From positions 134 through 64,133 of IMG/VR virus record IMGVR_UViG_3300023311_000098: a DNA stretch of 64,000 bases; one strand, 5' to 3'. A model generated the notes under the pieces. That model saw nothing but the letters and a program-made list of their open reading frames with translations. It did not search any database and was not told the DNA's origin. The stretch is from a virus. Of the stretch, positions 8,936 to 16,416 are shown piece after piece (position 1 is the stretch's first letter; each line of letters opens with the position of its first letter). The position numbers and the translations under genes are program-made.

Positions 8936-8945
8936 TGGAGATAGT

Positions 8946-9416
8946 ATGACAAATAAGATCGTTCCAGAAAAAAAGTGTTGTAAGTGTGGAGAAATAAAAC
9001 CATTTTCCGAGTTCCACAAAAACAGTAGAAACAAAGATGGAAAATGTCCTCGGTGTAAAACTTGCATTCGAGGACAAAATTCAGCAAGAAATAAGTATAT
9101 TTGGCAGAAGAAAAAGAGTGACCCGGACTTTGAAAGAAAGCGTAGAGACTATGTATTAAATTATAATTATGGAATATCCCTAGAGTTTTATGAAATCATG
9201 TTAAGAGATCAAAATGGAATATGTGCAATATGCGGAGCAAAAACAGCATACCCATATTTTATGAAACAAAAGAATTTTTTTGTTGACCACGACCACAAAA
9301 CCGGAAAAGTGCGCGGTCTTTTATGTTACAACTGTAACAAACTTTTGGGAATGGTAAAAGACGATACGGAGTTGTTGGAAAAGCATATAAAGTATTTAAT
9401 AGATACAAAAAGTTAA
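8946..9416 (+). CDS. endonuclease VII-type HNH endonuclease
   Basis: CxxC zinc finger, CAICG, VDHDHKTGKVRGLLCYNCN; opposite strand to its neighbours. Confidence 0.93.
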   Translation: MTNKIVPEKKCCKCGEIKPFSEFHKNSRNKDGKCPRCKTCIRGQNSARNKYIWQKKKSDPDFERKRRDYVLNYNYGISLEFYEIMLRDQNGICAICGAKTAYPYFMKQKNFFVDHDHKTGKVRGLLCYNCNKLLGMVKDDTELLEKHIKYLIDTKS

Positions 9417-10987
9417 TCCTTAGATTTCCCCCATGCTCCAACCTTTGCTTCTTCCTCTTTTTTTTGTTCTGGATTTTTCTGGCCTAAATGAGCAAACCGA
9501 ATACTGCTCCATTTACGAATAGGTGCAATAGACAAACGGGCCCCGGTGGTCGCGGTTATCCGGTCGTCATGGGTATCCTTAGCGGGGAAGGTGTCCAATT
9601 CGCCAAAAAAATTATCCGTCCATTTTCCACGAACCACCCACCAATGTCCTTGCGCCGCCTCCGCGAACCAGTGGTTAGCCGCTTCTACTCTATCTCCATC
9701 CTTCTTGGGGTCGTGCGCTCTCACGGTAAACCCAAATGGCTTTAAGAAATTGGCAATAGCGGCCACTTGGTTCTTACCGCCCGAGGCGGGTTCCTGCTCG
9801 ATATAGATGGGTACTTGTTGTCCATCTACCATGGCGGTATTTCTGATGTTTTCAAGAATTTGATCCCACAACCAATGTCCTCCGGTTTGATCTTCGATGC
9901 AAAAGTTTTCCTTCTTATCGTCATAGGAAACCAAACCACCTATTGTTTCGTCGGGGTCAGTACCAACTTTCTTCTCGGAAGCGGCGAGGTCATAATATCG
10001 AATCCGCCCTCTCCATTCGGGAGCCTTTTCTAAGATGTGCGATACTCCAGTAGTTGGATTGTGGGTAAACCATGTCCTATCACCAAGAGAACCTTCTTCG
10101 TTGGCTGCGATTCCCTCGATCTCGCGCTGTCTCAAATAACCAGACGGGAAGGATGATACCAGTGTAGCGTAAAAGATGGGGTCAAGGTTCTTGCGGTTCT
10201 CTTCCAGGGAAACGTGAAAAGACTCGATTAACTCGCGCCCCTGCATATCGGGGATGTCTTTCAGGAGGTCATAGACTTCTTGAGGAATCTCTTTCCGGTC
10301 GAATAAAGCGGCTATCCAAGAGTCTCTTCCGGCCGGAGTAGTGGTTAAGAACCGTTGGGTATTGGACCCAACGCGTACACCCGCGATAGCGTTCTTCCAG
10401 GCCAGTCCAGTTCTATCTCTACGGGCTTCGTCATACCATAACCAGTTTACGTTATGTCCACGGCCAGACTCGGGGTCACGAAGTCCACGACAATAAAGAA
10501 CGGCTCCATTTATGAAAACGATTGAAAATGGTCTGGTTACATCCCAAGACTCTGACCTTCTGACTCTGTGTTTTGGAATTACCATCTGCCAGGGTATCCA
10601 GCTTCGGAGTTCTGGCCAGGTAGAAGTCTTGAAGTTCTCCAGGTCTGGATTGACGACTATCCCTGTTCTACCTTCACGAATCTTACGAAGCGCTTTCTGT
10701 GCGCCGGCAGAAGTTTTTCCAGATCCTCTACCCCCTTGCATGGCTACAAAAACTCCGGGTGCATTTATGAAACTTAACTGTTCCCCCGCCGGGTCATAGG
10801 GCTTTCCCGCTCCATTTCTGCGAAAGAAGCCATTCTCATCAATATTCCATTTATCTGACCAGGCTATGTTGGCTTTGTCTACTTTAGGTATATCGAGATT
10901 CCTTGCCCTCATCTCTGTAAGTAGGGCAAGTAACTGTCTCTTATCCTTATCACTCAGATCTGTTCGAATCGTCTTGTTCGCTTGCAT
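9413..10987 (-). CDS. terL: terminase large subunit
   Basis: Walker A GGRGSGKT, Walker B WLWYDEA, motif TTTP, nuclease YDLAAS...HDDRI. Confidence 0.96.
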   Translation of the reverse strand: MQANKTIRTDLSDKDKRQLLALLTEMRARNLDIPKVDKANIAWSDKWNIDENGFFRRNGAGKPYDPAGEQLSFINAPGVFVAMQGGRGSGKTSAGAQKALRKIREGRTGIVVNPDLENFKTSTWPELRSWIPWQMVIPKHRVRRSESWDVTRPFSIVFINGAVLYCRGLRDPESGRGHNVNWLWYDEARRDRTGLAWKNAIAGVRVGSNTQRFLTTTPAGRDSWIAALFDRKEIPQEVYDLLKDIPDMQGRELIESFHVSLEENRKNLDPIFYATLVSSFPSGYLRQREIEGIAANEEGSLGDRTWFTHNPTTGVSHILEKAPEWRGRIRYYDLAASEKKVGTDPDETIGGLVSYDDKKENFCIEDQTGGHWLWDQILENIRNTAMVDGQQVPIYIEQEPASGGKNQVAAIANFLKPFGFTVRAHDPKKDGDRVEAANHWFAEAAQGHWWVVRGKWTDNFFGELDTFPAKDTHDDRITATTGARLSIAPIRKWSSIRFAHLGQKNPEQKKEEEAKVGAWGKSKD

Positions 10988-11501
10988 TAATGGCCGTTGC
11001 CTCTATGGGTTCTTCACCCATGAAGTGCTTTAGTTTCTTTTCCAACTCCTCGTTGGTTGCGGTACTCAATTCTGCGAAGTAAGCTGCCCAACCAAGTAAC
11101 TTATCCTGCAACTCTGCACCTTTTCCAATTGCCCGAATAGCATCGGCGGAGTTCTCAATGCCGTTCTTTTTTAGGTAATTCATCCCCATGTCTACGAGGT
11201 CTGCGCCAACGGTGGCCATCTTCTGAATAATGCCCTGGCGTTGTTTGATGATTTCCATATCCCCGGCTTGTTCGGCCTCTGCGTCTAACATATCGGCGTG
11301 GTCGTCCCAAGAATCTTCCTTATGCCACCACTGGAGAGTCGTAGTAGTTGGCGCTCTTCCGTCCTTGGATTGTTCTTTCAATAGCTTAACAATTTGTTTG
11401 AGTGGTGGTCTTTCCAGCTTATACCAAATAGCAAAGGCTTCCTGATGTATCTCTTGAGAGAAAGAAGAAGCTCTTGTTATATGCTTACGACTATCGGTCA
11501 T
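10950..11501 (-). CDS. putative terminase small subunit
   Basis: directly upstream of terL; HTH-like N-terminus (TLQWW...W) and helical body; start trimmed to MTDSRK. Confidence 0.7.
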   Translation of the reverse strand: MTDSRKHITRASSFSQEIHQEAFAIWYKLERPPLKQIVKLLKEQSKDGRAPTTTTLQWWHKEDSWDDHADMLDAEAEQAGDMEIIKQRQGIIQKMATVGADLVDMGMNYLKKNGIENSADAIRAIGKGAELQDKLLGWAAYFAELSTATNEELEKKLKHFMGEEPIEATAINASEQDDSNRSE

Positions 11502-11632
11502 CGAATTCCTATGGATGCCCCAAGGATAACCATGGCAAGTCCTAATACCGCCCACCAACTTACTGTCAATCCAATGATTACAAACCCTCCACCCAGGAGG
11601 GCAATGGAAATAACCCTAATCAAAATCTTCAT
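11498..11632 (-). CDS. small membrane protein (44 aa)
   Basis: MKILIRVISIALLGGGFVIIG...; ATGA-coupled on both sides. Confidence 0.65.
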   Translation of the reverse strand: MKILIRVISIALLGGGFVIIGLTVSWWAVLGLAMVILGASIGIR

Positions 11633-11937
11633 AGTATCGCTCCACAACTTGCACAGGTTTCATCCTCAGAATCGTTCTTTCTCCCGCAATAAGTACATTT
11701 CACTTTATTTTGGTCGCGATATGTGTTGGCACTGGATGCCCAATCATTGTATATGGAAATGTCGGACACCTTTAAGTCCATGAAATCAGAAATACCGGGA
11801 TAGTCATAATTAGAGCCAGATGGGGATAGAATTTGATAATATTCATCTATCCCAAACACCTTTCTTGCTCTATCTTTGCTCATATAACCACATTCAACAG
11901 ATTTTAGATATTCACTAATACCCATTTTTATCCTCAC
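11629..11937 (-). CDS. zinc-ribbon protein
   Basis: C-terminal CTYCG...CASCGA. Confidence 0.7.
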   Translation of the reverse strand: MRIKMGISEYLKSVECGYMSKDRARKVFGIDEYYQILSPSGSNYDYPGISDFMDLKVSDISIYNDWASSANTYRDQNKVKCTYCGRKNDSEDETCASCGAIL

Positions 11938-11943
11938 TTTCTA

Positions 11944-12429
11944 TTACTCTCCAAGTTTTTCGTCAATCAAGCGCCACTCATCCGATGCTTCCAACATTTG
12001 AATGATGTCCCAAACCTCGCGCTCAGAATTTCTCTGTTCTTCGAGGAAGAACTGTAAGAACTGAGTAACAAGGAACTCGCCCTCATCGTGCGCGGTCTTA
12101 TATATTTCTTCAATGGCGGCGGTAGTCTTTTGTTCGGCGGCGTAGGCGGAATAGAAATAATCCGTCAGCCTTCCATTTACCATTTCGATCTTCCGAATTG
12201 TATCGTAAATTGGGGTAATGTTCCGATCAACCAAGACTCCACAGAATTTATCTGCGTGAGTCAATTCATCATCACTAGACTTACGCATGAACTTGGCAGA
12301 CCCGCCCCAGCCCATATTATCAAGTTCATCCGCCATCTGTCTGTAAACGGCCGAATTGGTTCGTTCCAGTGTAACTTCGTTCTGTAGCATCTGTTCAACA
12401 AGGACAAACATAGTAGCCTCCAAGTTCAA
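11944..12429 (-). CDS. ferritin (non-heme type)
   Basis: 161 aa; E..Y, DE..HA, E...T, QFFLEEQ..E ferroxidase pattern. Confidence 0.9.
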   Translation of the reverse strand: MNLEATMFVLVEQMLQNEVTLERTNSAVYRQMADELDNMGWGGSAKFMRKSSDDELTHADKFCGVLVDRNITPIYDTIRKIEMVNGRLTDYFYSAYAAEQKTTAAIEEIYKTAHDEGEFLVTQFLQFFLEEQRNSEREVWDIIQMLEASDEWRLIDEKLGE

Positions 12430-12627
12430 TTATACACGCTTACCATCCCCAAAAGTAAGATAAGACTTTTTTGTAATTACCCGATATGCCAACGCGTCCA
12501 TGCCAAACCAGAATAAGAACTTGGCTAGGCGATGATATTTGGATGGTATATTAACCCAAATACATACTGGAATTGTAATGCCATCCCAGTTTTCTTGTAG
12601 GTATTTGTCAACGGGGTTTGTCTGCAC
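12430..12627 (-). CDS. hypothetical protein
   Basis: 65 aa ORF packed in the operon. Confidence 0.6.
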   Translation of the reverse strand: MQTNPVDKYLQENWDGITIPVCIWVNIPSKYHRLAKFLFWFGMDALAYRVITKKSYLTFGDGKRV

Positions 12628-12630
12628 ATT

Positions 12631-12987
12631 TTACCTGTAACTAAAGGCTGGAATTACTCCGCCGCCCCGTCTATTAAACGCGTGGTTTTTGTGAATAAGT
12701 TTATGATGATATGGGCAGACATATACCACATCTCCCTCCCTCTCTTCTCCAAGGCTCCGATAATGTAGGTGATGGGCATTCAAGTGTCTCCCATGCTTAC
12801 CACATCCTTTTACTGCACATAGCCAATTAGCATCTTGACCCACTACGTTTCTAACCCTCTTCCAGTGGTCGCTCTGCAAGTAATCTTGATATTCATCGTG
12901 CCTATCTATCCTTGGCTTAAATACCCAGTCCATTATCAAGAGAGTAATAATTGCCGCCAATGGATCATATCTTTTGTATCTTATCAT
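12631..12987 (-). CDS. HNH endonuclease
   Basis: YLQSDHW..R, C....C, AHHLHY, VCPYHH..H. Confidence 0.85.
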   Translation of the reverse strand: MIRYKRYDPLAAIITLLIMDWVFKPRIDRHDEYQDYLQSDHWKRVRNVVGQDANWLCAVKGCGKHGRHLNAHHLHYRSLGEEREGDVVYVCPYHHKLIHKNHAFNRRGGGVIPAFSYR

Positions 12988-13172
12988 TTCGGCACTTTAG
13001 GCAACTTTGCCCAATGACTTATCTCTATCATAGGATATTCATTCCTCTCCCATATCCCCACCCATGTACTTACGGATACATACTTCCTACTCCTGTCTTT
13101 TTTAGAAGCATAACAGACAAGATACTCCCCATTCTCTTTAGGACTTCGACTTATCGGATTCCATTTGGTCAT
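12984..13172 (-). CDS. DUF551-like small protein
   Basis: KWNPI...P...EYLV...ISHWAKLP; SD GGAGAAGGA. Confidence 0.8.
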   Translation of the reverse strand: MTKWNPISRSPKENGEYLVCYASKKDRSRKYVSVSTWVGIWERNEYPMIEISHWAKLPKVPK

Positions 13173-13190
13173 ATCCTTCTCCTTTGTTAT

Positions 13191-13327
13191 TGAGACGGGG
13201 CGGGGCTTGAGTACCCGCTATTAATCTTTGCCGGTAGATTCCTAATAGGTGGACGACTGAGGTCTAATTGTCGTCTTGTTTTGAGACCTTCTACACCTAT
13301 CGCGTGTCCTTCCACGCCGCCCGTCTC
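13191..13327 (-). ncRNA. tRNA-shaped ncRNA with pseudoknotted insert in place of the anticodon loop
   Basis: acceptor GAGACGG/CCGTCTC-A, D-like arm, 7-bp stem, variable arm, T-like arm; TATAAT 7 nt upstream. Confidence 0.75.
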
Positions 13328-13927
13328 GTTCTCTATTATACCCCAATTTGTTCGCATAGCAGGGGGATTTTGTGGAATTCGAGAACCGTAATTTCTGAGC
13401 ACGGTGCTGTGTTTCATCCGCCGCCAGCGTTGCCCAATTCTGGCTTGGGTTGTGTGTGCTGGATGCTGGATGGTGGATGGTGGATGGATGTAGCCAGGTC
13501 CTATGATATGCGCCCATGATGGATCGCTGGGTTATACGCTCTACTTACCGGGTATTCATAATTCATATTCGGAATATTGAATGTGACGTATGTCGTAATA
13601 ATCCAGTCAAATGTGACTATGTGCTCCCGGTCAAAAAGTCGTATCGTTAAAGGGTAGGAGGCAATAAATAAAGAGCTTCTTACACCGAAGCGGGCAAGGG
13701 GGGCAACGGGCAACGGAGAAACCGGGGAGGCTGGGTAGGAGGATGACCAACCACCGGGGCAACCGTCCAGGCGCTAGGCAACGACACGACCAACTGGATA
13801 ACGTATTACTCCCGGTTGGCGGGGCTGTGTACGGCTATAGTACGTGTATAGGCAGGGTAGGGCATGGGTGTGATGAGCGCCCTAGGGAGGTCCGATACTT
13901 GGATGGGTACACGTCTAGCATGAACAG

Positions 13928-14004
13928 CTATTGAACTCGAAACCCAGAGTGACGGAAGATCACCCTCTGGGTAGTATGGTAGTGGCCATACCTGATGAGA
14001 GTAG
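13928..14004 (+). ncRNA. hammerhead ribozyme, type II
   Basis: CTC-GAAA-CCCAGAG..CTCTGGG-TA-GTATGG..CCATAC-CTGATGA-GAG; all core residues and three stems present. Confidence 0.9.
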
Positions 14005-14018
14005 AGAGAGGTACAACA

Positions 14019-14201
14019 ATGATAAAGCTGGAGATTACTACCAAATGGCATCACGACGTTATCCAGGAAACATGCAAGACAATGGCGTCGTCCATTAGAG
14101 CGGCTACATCCGCCCATCCAATTGGATTACATATCACGCTTGACAGGGGTACTGACAAAGAGCGAGGGTATTGTCAAGTGACAAGCATCAAGGTACTGTA
14201 A
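14019..14201 (+). CDS. first early gene, hypothetical
   Basis: SD GAGAGG then ATG 14019. Confidence 0.65.
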   Translation: MIKLEITTKWHHDVIQETCKTMASSIRAATSAHPIGLHITLDRGTDKERGYCQVTSIKVL

Positions 14202-14206
14202 AGTAA

Positions 14207-14277
14207 GGGGAGGCTTGACGGCCTCCCCTCCAAACCAGACAGCACTACAATTCGGTAGTACTGTGTGTTATGGAGGC
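14207..14277 (+). promoter_or_regulatory. repeated structured leader, copy 1
   Basis: GGGGAGGC/GCCTCCCC hairpin, then CACTACAATTCGGTA hairpin, then GGAGG. Confidence 0.6.
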
Positions 14278-14284
14278 AGTAAAG

Positions 14285-14491
14285 ATGGAAGCAACGATTG
14301 AGTTTAGATCCCTTGGTGGTAAGTATAAACGAAAGATTATTGTCAAGCAATCCCACATTAATAACGGGTATGCTATTGACACCACGATAAAGACAGGGGC
14401 ATGGTATACACTTCGCCACCTAGAAGGCTTTCATACATTATCGGAAGCGCTTCTAAGTGCAGCGGAAACCGTCAAGGAATTACAATCATAG
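14285..14491 (+). CDS. hypothetical early protein
   Basis: GGAGG SD, ATG 14285. Confidence 0.7.
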   Translation: MEATIEFRSLGGKYKRKIIVKQSHINNGYAIDTTIKTGAWYTLRHLEGFHTLSEALLSAAETVKELQS

Positions 14492-14653
14492 CATCCCGGA
14501 GGCGGCTGATACCGCCTCTCTGATAGACTGGCAAGCGCAACGCGAGTAGAGCATAAGTCTACCATGTAGCCGCTCAATACCTCCCATAAGCCGCTTACCA
14601 GTCTATCAGACCCCATAACGCGGTTGTGGGGCAAGTAGAATGAGAGGATACCA

Positions 14654-14842
14654 ATGAACAAAAACCTAGTCGGTAAAGTATACAAGTTGGCGAATGGCAA
14701 TAAATGGGGCGAGGTTATAAGCCAGGTTGACTTGACTGCCGAAGTCAAGGTCCGTCTATCAGACGGGGCCGTTACAACTTTCGGTTATTACGAGGTTGTA
14801 TCATGGATCAAGGACGGGGTATTAATCGAGGTAACCCAATGA
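14654..14842 (+). CDS. hypothetical early protein
   Basis: GAGGA SD; 62 aa. Confidence 0.7.
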   Translation: MNKNLVGKVYKLANGNKWGEVISQVDLTAEVKVRLSDGAVTTFGYYEVVSWIKDGVLIEVTQ

Positions 14843-14991
14843 CCACACACCAGATAGTAACCACAGCCAAGATATACCGCAAGCTGGAACGCGAGTACAG
14901 ACTAGCCGGAGATCAGGTTAATGCGGATAAAGCCGCGGCTATGTACCGCAAGCTACAACGAGAACTTAAGCAGCGGCTAAACGAGGACTAA
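14839..14991 (+). CDS. hypothetical early protein
   Basis: ATGA coupling; helical 50 aa. Confidence 0.6.
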   Translation: MTTHQIVTTAKIYRKLEREYRLAGDQVNADKAAAMYRKLQRELKQRLNED

Positions 14992-14994
14992 GGC

Positions 14995-15017
14995 TTATTG
15001 ATAACGATTATCAATAA
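14995..15017. promoter_or_regulatory. palindromic operator resembling a Fur box
   Basis: TTATTGATAA-CGA-TTATCAATAA; core TGATAAC-G-ATTATCA. Confidence 0.55.
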
Positions 15018-15095
15018 CGTTCATATTCTGAATTCTGATAGGAGGCGCGATATGCGCGGGATACACAAAGCCCGCTAAAATCTAATCTGTAGAAT

Positions 15096-15163
15096 GGGGA
15101 GGCGTGGACCTCCCCCCTCTTATAGAGCACACTACAATTCGGTAATGTGCTCTAATCGGAGGC
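15096..15163 (+). promoter_or_regulatory. repeated structured leader, copy 2
   Basis: same architecture and identical 15-mer as 14207..14277. Confidence 0.6.
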
Positions 15164-15167
15164 TAAA

Positions 15168-15365
15168 ATGTACACTGTCTTTACTCGCAATTGGTGGAAG
15201 TCTAACTCAGCATGGCCCGGAGGACGTGAGCCGGGAGCGGGGCGGAAGTATACGCTATACCGCAATCTCCGCACAGAAGAAGAAGCGCGGCGGATATGCA
15301 AGCAATACAACGCAACACACAAACCAGGTAAGTTAAGCCATAAAGCAGAATACGACGAACAGTAA
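15168..15365 (+). CDS. hypothetical early protein
   Basis: GGAGG SD; 65 aa. Confidence 0.75.
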   Translation: MYTVFTRNWWKSNSAWPGGREPGAGRKYTLYRNLRTEEEARRICKQYNATHKPGKLSHKAEYDEQ

Positions 15366-15471
15366 ATGACGGCCTATAACTACGGATATTGTCCGGGCAT
15401 CCGTCGCCAGTAAGATGATTTTACTGGCGGTTAATGCCCTAGCAATTCACCAGGACAAGAGGATAAAGATA

Positions 15472-15705
15472 ATGAATACATTTGATTGTTTCATGGCAGG
15501 GTATCACGGGAGAACGTCAGAAGAGCCGCCCTATGCCTCTTCGATTAATGGCATGGCATATCAAGCGGGAAAGTGGTGTAGGGAATATAAAGTAGTGGCG
15601 CAAGAGATTAAACCATCCCGCGGCTATAAGATGATTGTCAACCGGACCTATGTACTTGACTTCAAACGGGATTCTTACAGCCCGGATGTAACCAGAGTAC
15701 ATTAA
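15472..15705 (+). CDS. hypothetical early protein
   Basis: GAGGA SD; start trimmed to MNTFDC. Confidence 0.65.
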   Translation: MNTFDCFMAGYHGRTSEEPPYASSINGMAYQAGKWCREYKVVAQEIKPSRGYKMIVNRTYVLDFKRDSYSPDVTRVH

Positions 15706-16006
15706 CAGCACTTGAGGAGGTGCTATTATGACAAACAAAGAGAGGCTAGTCGAATTCATGCGCACACAAGAGATTCGCAGATCACAAACTCAGATCATGC
15801 GCAATCTGGCAGAGATTGACAAGATGATTAATAAAACATTCCCAAAGGTGAAAAAATGACCCGTCAAGATATGCACAAACTTTTGACCCCAGACCATGAA
15901 CGGCCCGCGCGGTTTGTCCGTCAAGATATACCGCTCTTTCCATCCTTCCCACAGCGCGGAGCAATAGAGACAACGCAGTATCACGGAAAAACAACTCAAG
16001 TCACTG

Positions 16007-16255
16007 GTGGATTACATCAACAAAATCACCAACAGCCCGGCGGAATATTCGGATCAGGATACTGGGAAATTCCGCTCCCACGTGGGGCATTATTGCCTGG
16101 ACTGGGCATACAGCGGCGTCAACCTTCAGCGCGTTTGCAACGAGAGCGGCGGAGTATCGCAGCCCCTTGGCAGCGGCTTCTGCACAAAGCGCGAACTGTA
16201 TGAGAAAATGCACGCTTTCATCCGGGGTATCGAGGAAGGAAAGGCGATCAAATGA
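16007..16255 (+). CDS. hypothetical phage protein (5' end uncertain)
   Basis: GHYCLDWAYSGVNLQRVCNESGG; frame stays open upstream without an ATG. Confidence 0.65.
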   Translation: MDYINKITNSPAEYSDQDTGKFRSHVGHYCLDWAYSGVNLQRVCNESGGVSQPLGSGFCTKRELYEKMHAFIRGIEEGKAIK

Positions 16256-16416
16256 TTAAGCCTGAAATACACCTGTACAAAGTCCCGCGTCAATCCATCG
16301 GCTTTTATCACACCTGGAAGCACTACTGGCGGCATATCCTCAGCCTGTACTTTTATCTCGGTAAAGGCTGGAAGCTGGATATAACCATCATGGAAGCGTA
16401 ACCGCGAAAGGAAAAT

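Noticed and set aside
13460-13490. Short tandem repeats as a possible CRISPR array
   Set aside because: Units are 5-7 nt with no spacers; I saw no CRISPR array or cas gene anywhere.
13187-13934. ORF-track ORFs in the divergent gap (13187..13417, 13242..13517, 13501..13713, 13743..13934)
   Set aside because: They overlap structured RNA or low-complexity repeats and have implausible composition; 13743 has a GGAGG but no other support.
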